From the NCBI GenBank assembly GCA_039096225.1, contig JBBPEB010000033.1, positions 930,001 through 994,000 of the forward strand: a stretch of DNA of 64,000 bases. Direction: 5' to 3'. Below are positions 61,847 through 64,000 of this stretch, one piece after another. The DNA comes from Blastocystis sp. Blastoise (taxonomy: Eukaryota > Protista > Bigyra: Opalinata). A program made the translations under genes and the position numbers. The notes under the pieces were generated by a model. The model searched no databases. It saw only the letters and a list, made by a program, of their open reading frames with translations, and was not told where the DNA came from. Within the stretch, counting starts at the first letter, position 1, and each line of letters opens with the position of its first letter.

Positions 61847-62263
61847 TTCCAACATAATTGACACACTCAGATAATATAATAATTCTATATTTTAAATGAT
61901 AATAATGGATATATTATGAAGGAATAAATATGTTTCTTTAAAGTTGAAAAAACATGAATAAAGTTAGAAAGTAACGGCAATTTTGAATTTTCTATTTGTA
62001 CTTTCTTTATATTCATCCAAATTAAAACTGAGCTATTCACATGAAATACTATAATTATCAATTATAAAAAGCATATATTAGAATATATCATTTATAAAAT
62101 GTAAGAAAAAACGTCATTTAAACATTTGAATATGTAAAACAATATTTTTTTTTCACTCTTCATAATTTAGACACCATTATCTTCATTTGAACATTTAAAA
62201 AAATATTTTAAAAAGAAGCAAATAACTGTGTCAATAATCAAAACAAATAAAAAATTAAAAATT

Positions 62264-62335
62264 GGGCCTACCCGGGAATCGAACCCGGGACCTCTCGCAC
62301 CCTAAGCGAGAATCATACCACTAGACCAGCAGGCC
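62264..62335 (-). tRNA. tRNA-Pro (AGG), identical to 42273-42344
   Basis: Exact reverse complement of the first copy. Confidence 0.97.
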
Positions 62336-62631
62336 TCCATAAAAGTTAGAGGGTTTATGGCTATATGAGCAGTATATTCGCATATCTCAAAACATAGTAA
62401 TTGAAATCCTTAATTTTTTAAAACCCTTTTTGTATGAAACTGTATATATTTAGTTCTATTTCATTGATTGATTAATTCTAACATTAGTTAATTTTTAATT
62501 TGATTGATTTCAGAATTATCTATCTGGTTTCACTGTATTCAATAAAAAGTATGCCAATTTATGATTCACCTGTTTTATTGATACATATCTATATCTAGAC
62601 AAACAACTTTATTTATTACTATTAGAAAAAT

Positions 62632-63361
62632 ATGAATAATAAAGATACAAAGGAGTATATTTTCACACTTATACTGAGTGATTCATATTTTTTAGTCTTT
62701 TATATGCTCTATATTGTGAGCGTAGCAATTCAGGTATGCATACAATCTTAATTTTTATATATATTATGTGTTTTATGAAGAATTCATCACTTATAAAAAT
62801 TATATTTCTTAGTAAAGGATTCAGAGAATGAAAAAGATACTAACCCTGATAGTGTATACAATTCAATCAATATATTTTTTTGTTAGTAACATAAATATTT
62901 AGAATCAAACAGAGACTTTTAGTATTCCTTGCGGTCTTACAGATAGTTTTCAAACTGGTTACGTGTACAAAGAATCTGAATTAAAGGATGAAAATGCTGG
63001 ATTATTAAAATTTAGTTCTCAAGATAAAATACGTGATTATCAAGATCAAGATTCTGATCATCATTATAAAAGCCGAAGTGAGAATGAGCAGCTGAATATG
63101 ATATTAAATATTAAAGAGCTTGCTTCTGATGATTTAAGGAAGCCATATCCATTTTCTGTAGCAAAAACGAATTCTATAAATGAACAACAATTTGATAGTG
63201 ATTCTTATGATAATGAGTTAATCAATGAAGTTAGAGAATGTCTGGAATATATTGTGGATATAGTTGTAAAAATGAATCAATTATCTTCTGAAATTGAATT
63301 AAAAGAAAAAAATGATACTCCTCCAAAAGATGACAAACATGGATCTAACACAAAATCATGA
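62632..63361 (+). CDS. Hypothetical acidic, hydrophilic protein (multi-exon; 5' end uncertain)
   Basis: Open D/E/N/S-rich terminal exon ~62902-63361, preceded by short GT-AG introns. Confidence 0.45.
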
Positions 63362-64000
63362 TAAGTATCGTAATAAAAAAGGAAACCAAATTGTTTGTGA
63401 TACTAGAGTGTTATTTATTTTATTTTATTTAATAAAAATTTACTTTTATTTTTTTTTATGTGATTGTTGTTGTCATTTATTCTTAGATTATGATACTTTC
63501 TTTTGACTTTTTTCTATATCACCTTCTCTAATATTGTTTTATTACTTTTTACTAATCATTATTATATTTTCTTATCTTTCTTTTTGTTATATAATAGTGT
63601 TCTTATTGTATAATACTCTATACAGATATTTCAGTTTCAAATATATATTTAATGTTGATATTTATTGATATGATATTTCAACAATGGTCAGTTTATATAT
63701 GCTTTGTTACCATTGATTATCCAAATATTGTTCAAGCATTCTTTATAAAGTTAATTTCTTGTTTTTAAGATAGAATCAAGTATTTATGTGAAAATTTCTA
63801 AGCAATTATCTTTAGATACAGAAAATAAAAACAATTCTATCATTTTATTGCTATAATAAAGCATAATCAAGACAATCAAACACACATTTACTATTAGTTA
63901 ACATAAAATAATTGGTTTGACTTCTACTTCATAGCATTGTAAACTGATACATGCAATATATGAAATAGATTTCTGATAAATCTACGTAAAACACAATTAA

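Overview
Very AT-rich, intron-dense eukaryotic DNA read with the standard genetic code. Introns are GT-AG and full of (TA)n/(TTA)n. The gene content resembles a Blastocystis-like gut stramenopile (inference). Positions 828-21345 form one ~20.5-kb CACTA/En-Spm transposon, with 14-bp TIRs CACTATGAGGTTTT and a 3-bp TSD TAT. It carries a 4-exon, 998-aa transposase and a divergently transcribed 216-aa ORF; each is interrupted by a copy of the same non-autonomous Helitron family, creating a ~10-kb inverted structure around their shared 122-bp promoter. The larger Helitron holds a tandem micro-exon array. The CACTA also contains a decayed surface-protein gene and an intact Crypton-like tyrosine recombinase flanked by bulged hairpins. 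The remainder is host genes: GH29 alpha-L-fucosidase, Ran, MTR4 helicase, a TLDc protein, a He_PIG/PA14 surface protein, a vWA protein, a 17-kb Cys-rich membrane-protein gene and two identical inverted tRNA-Pro(AGG) genes. Gene models were assembled by eye and no database searches were run.
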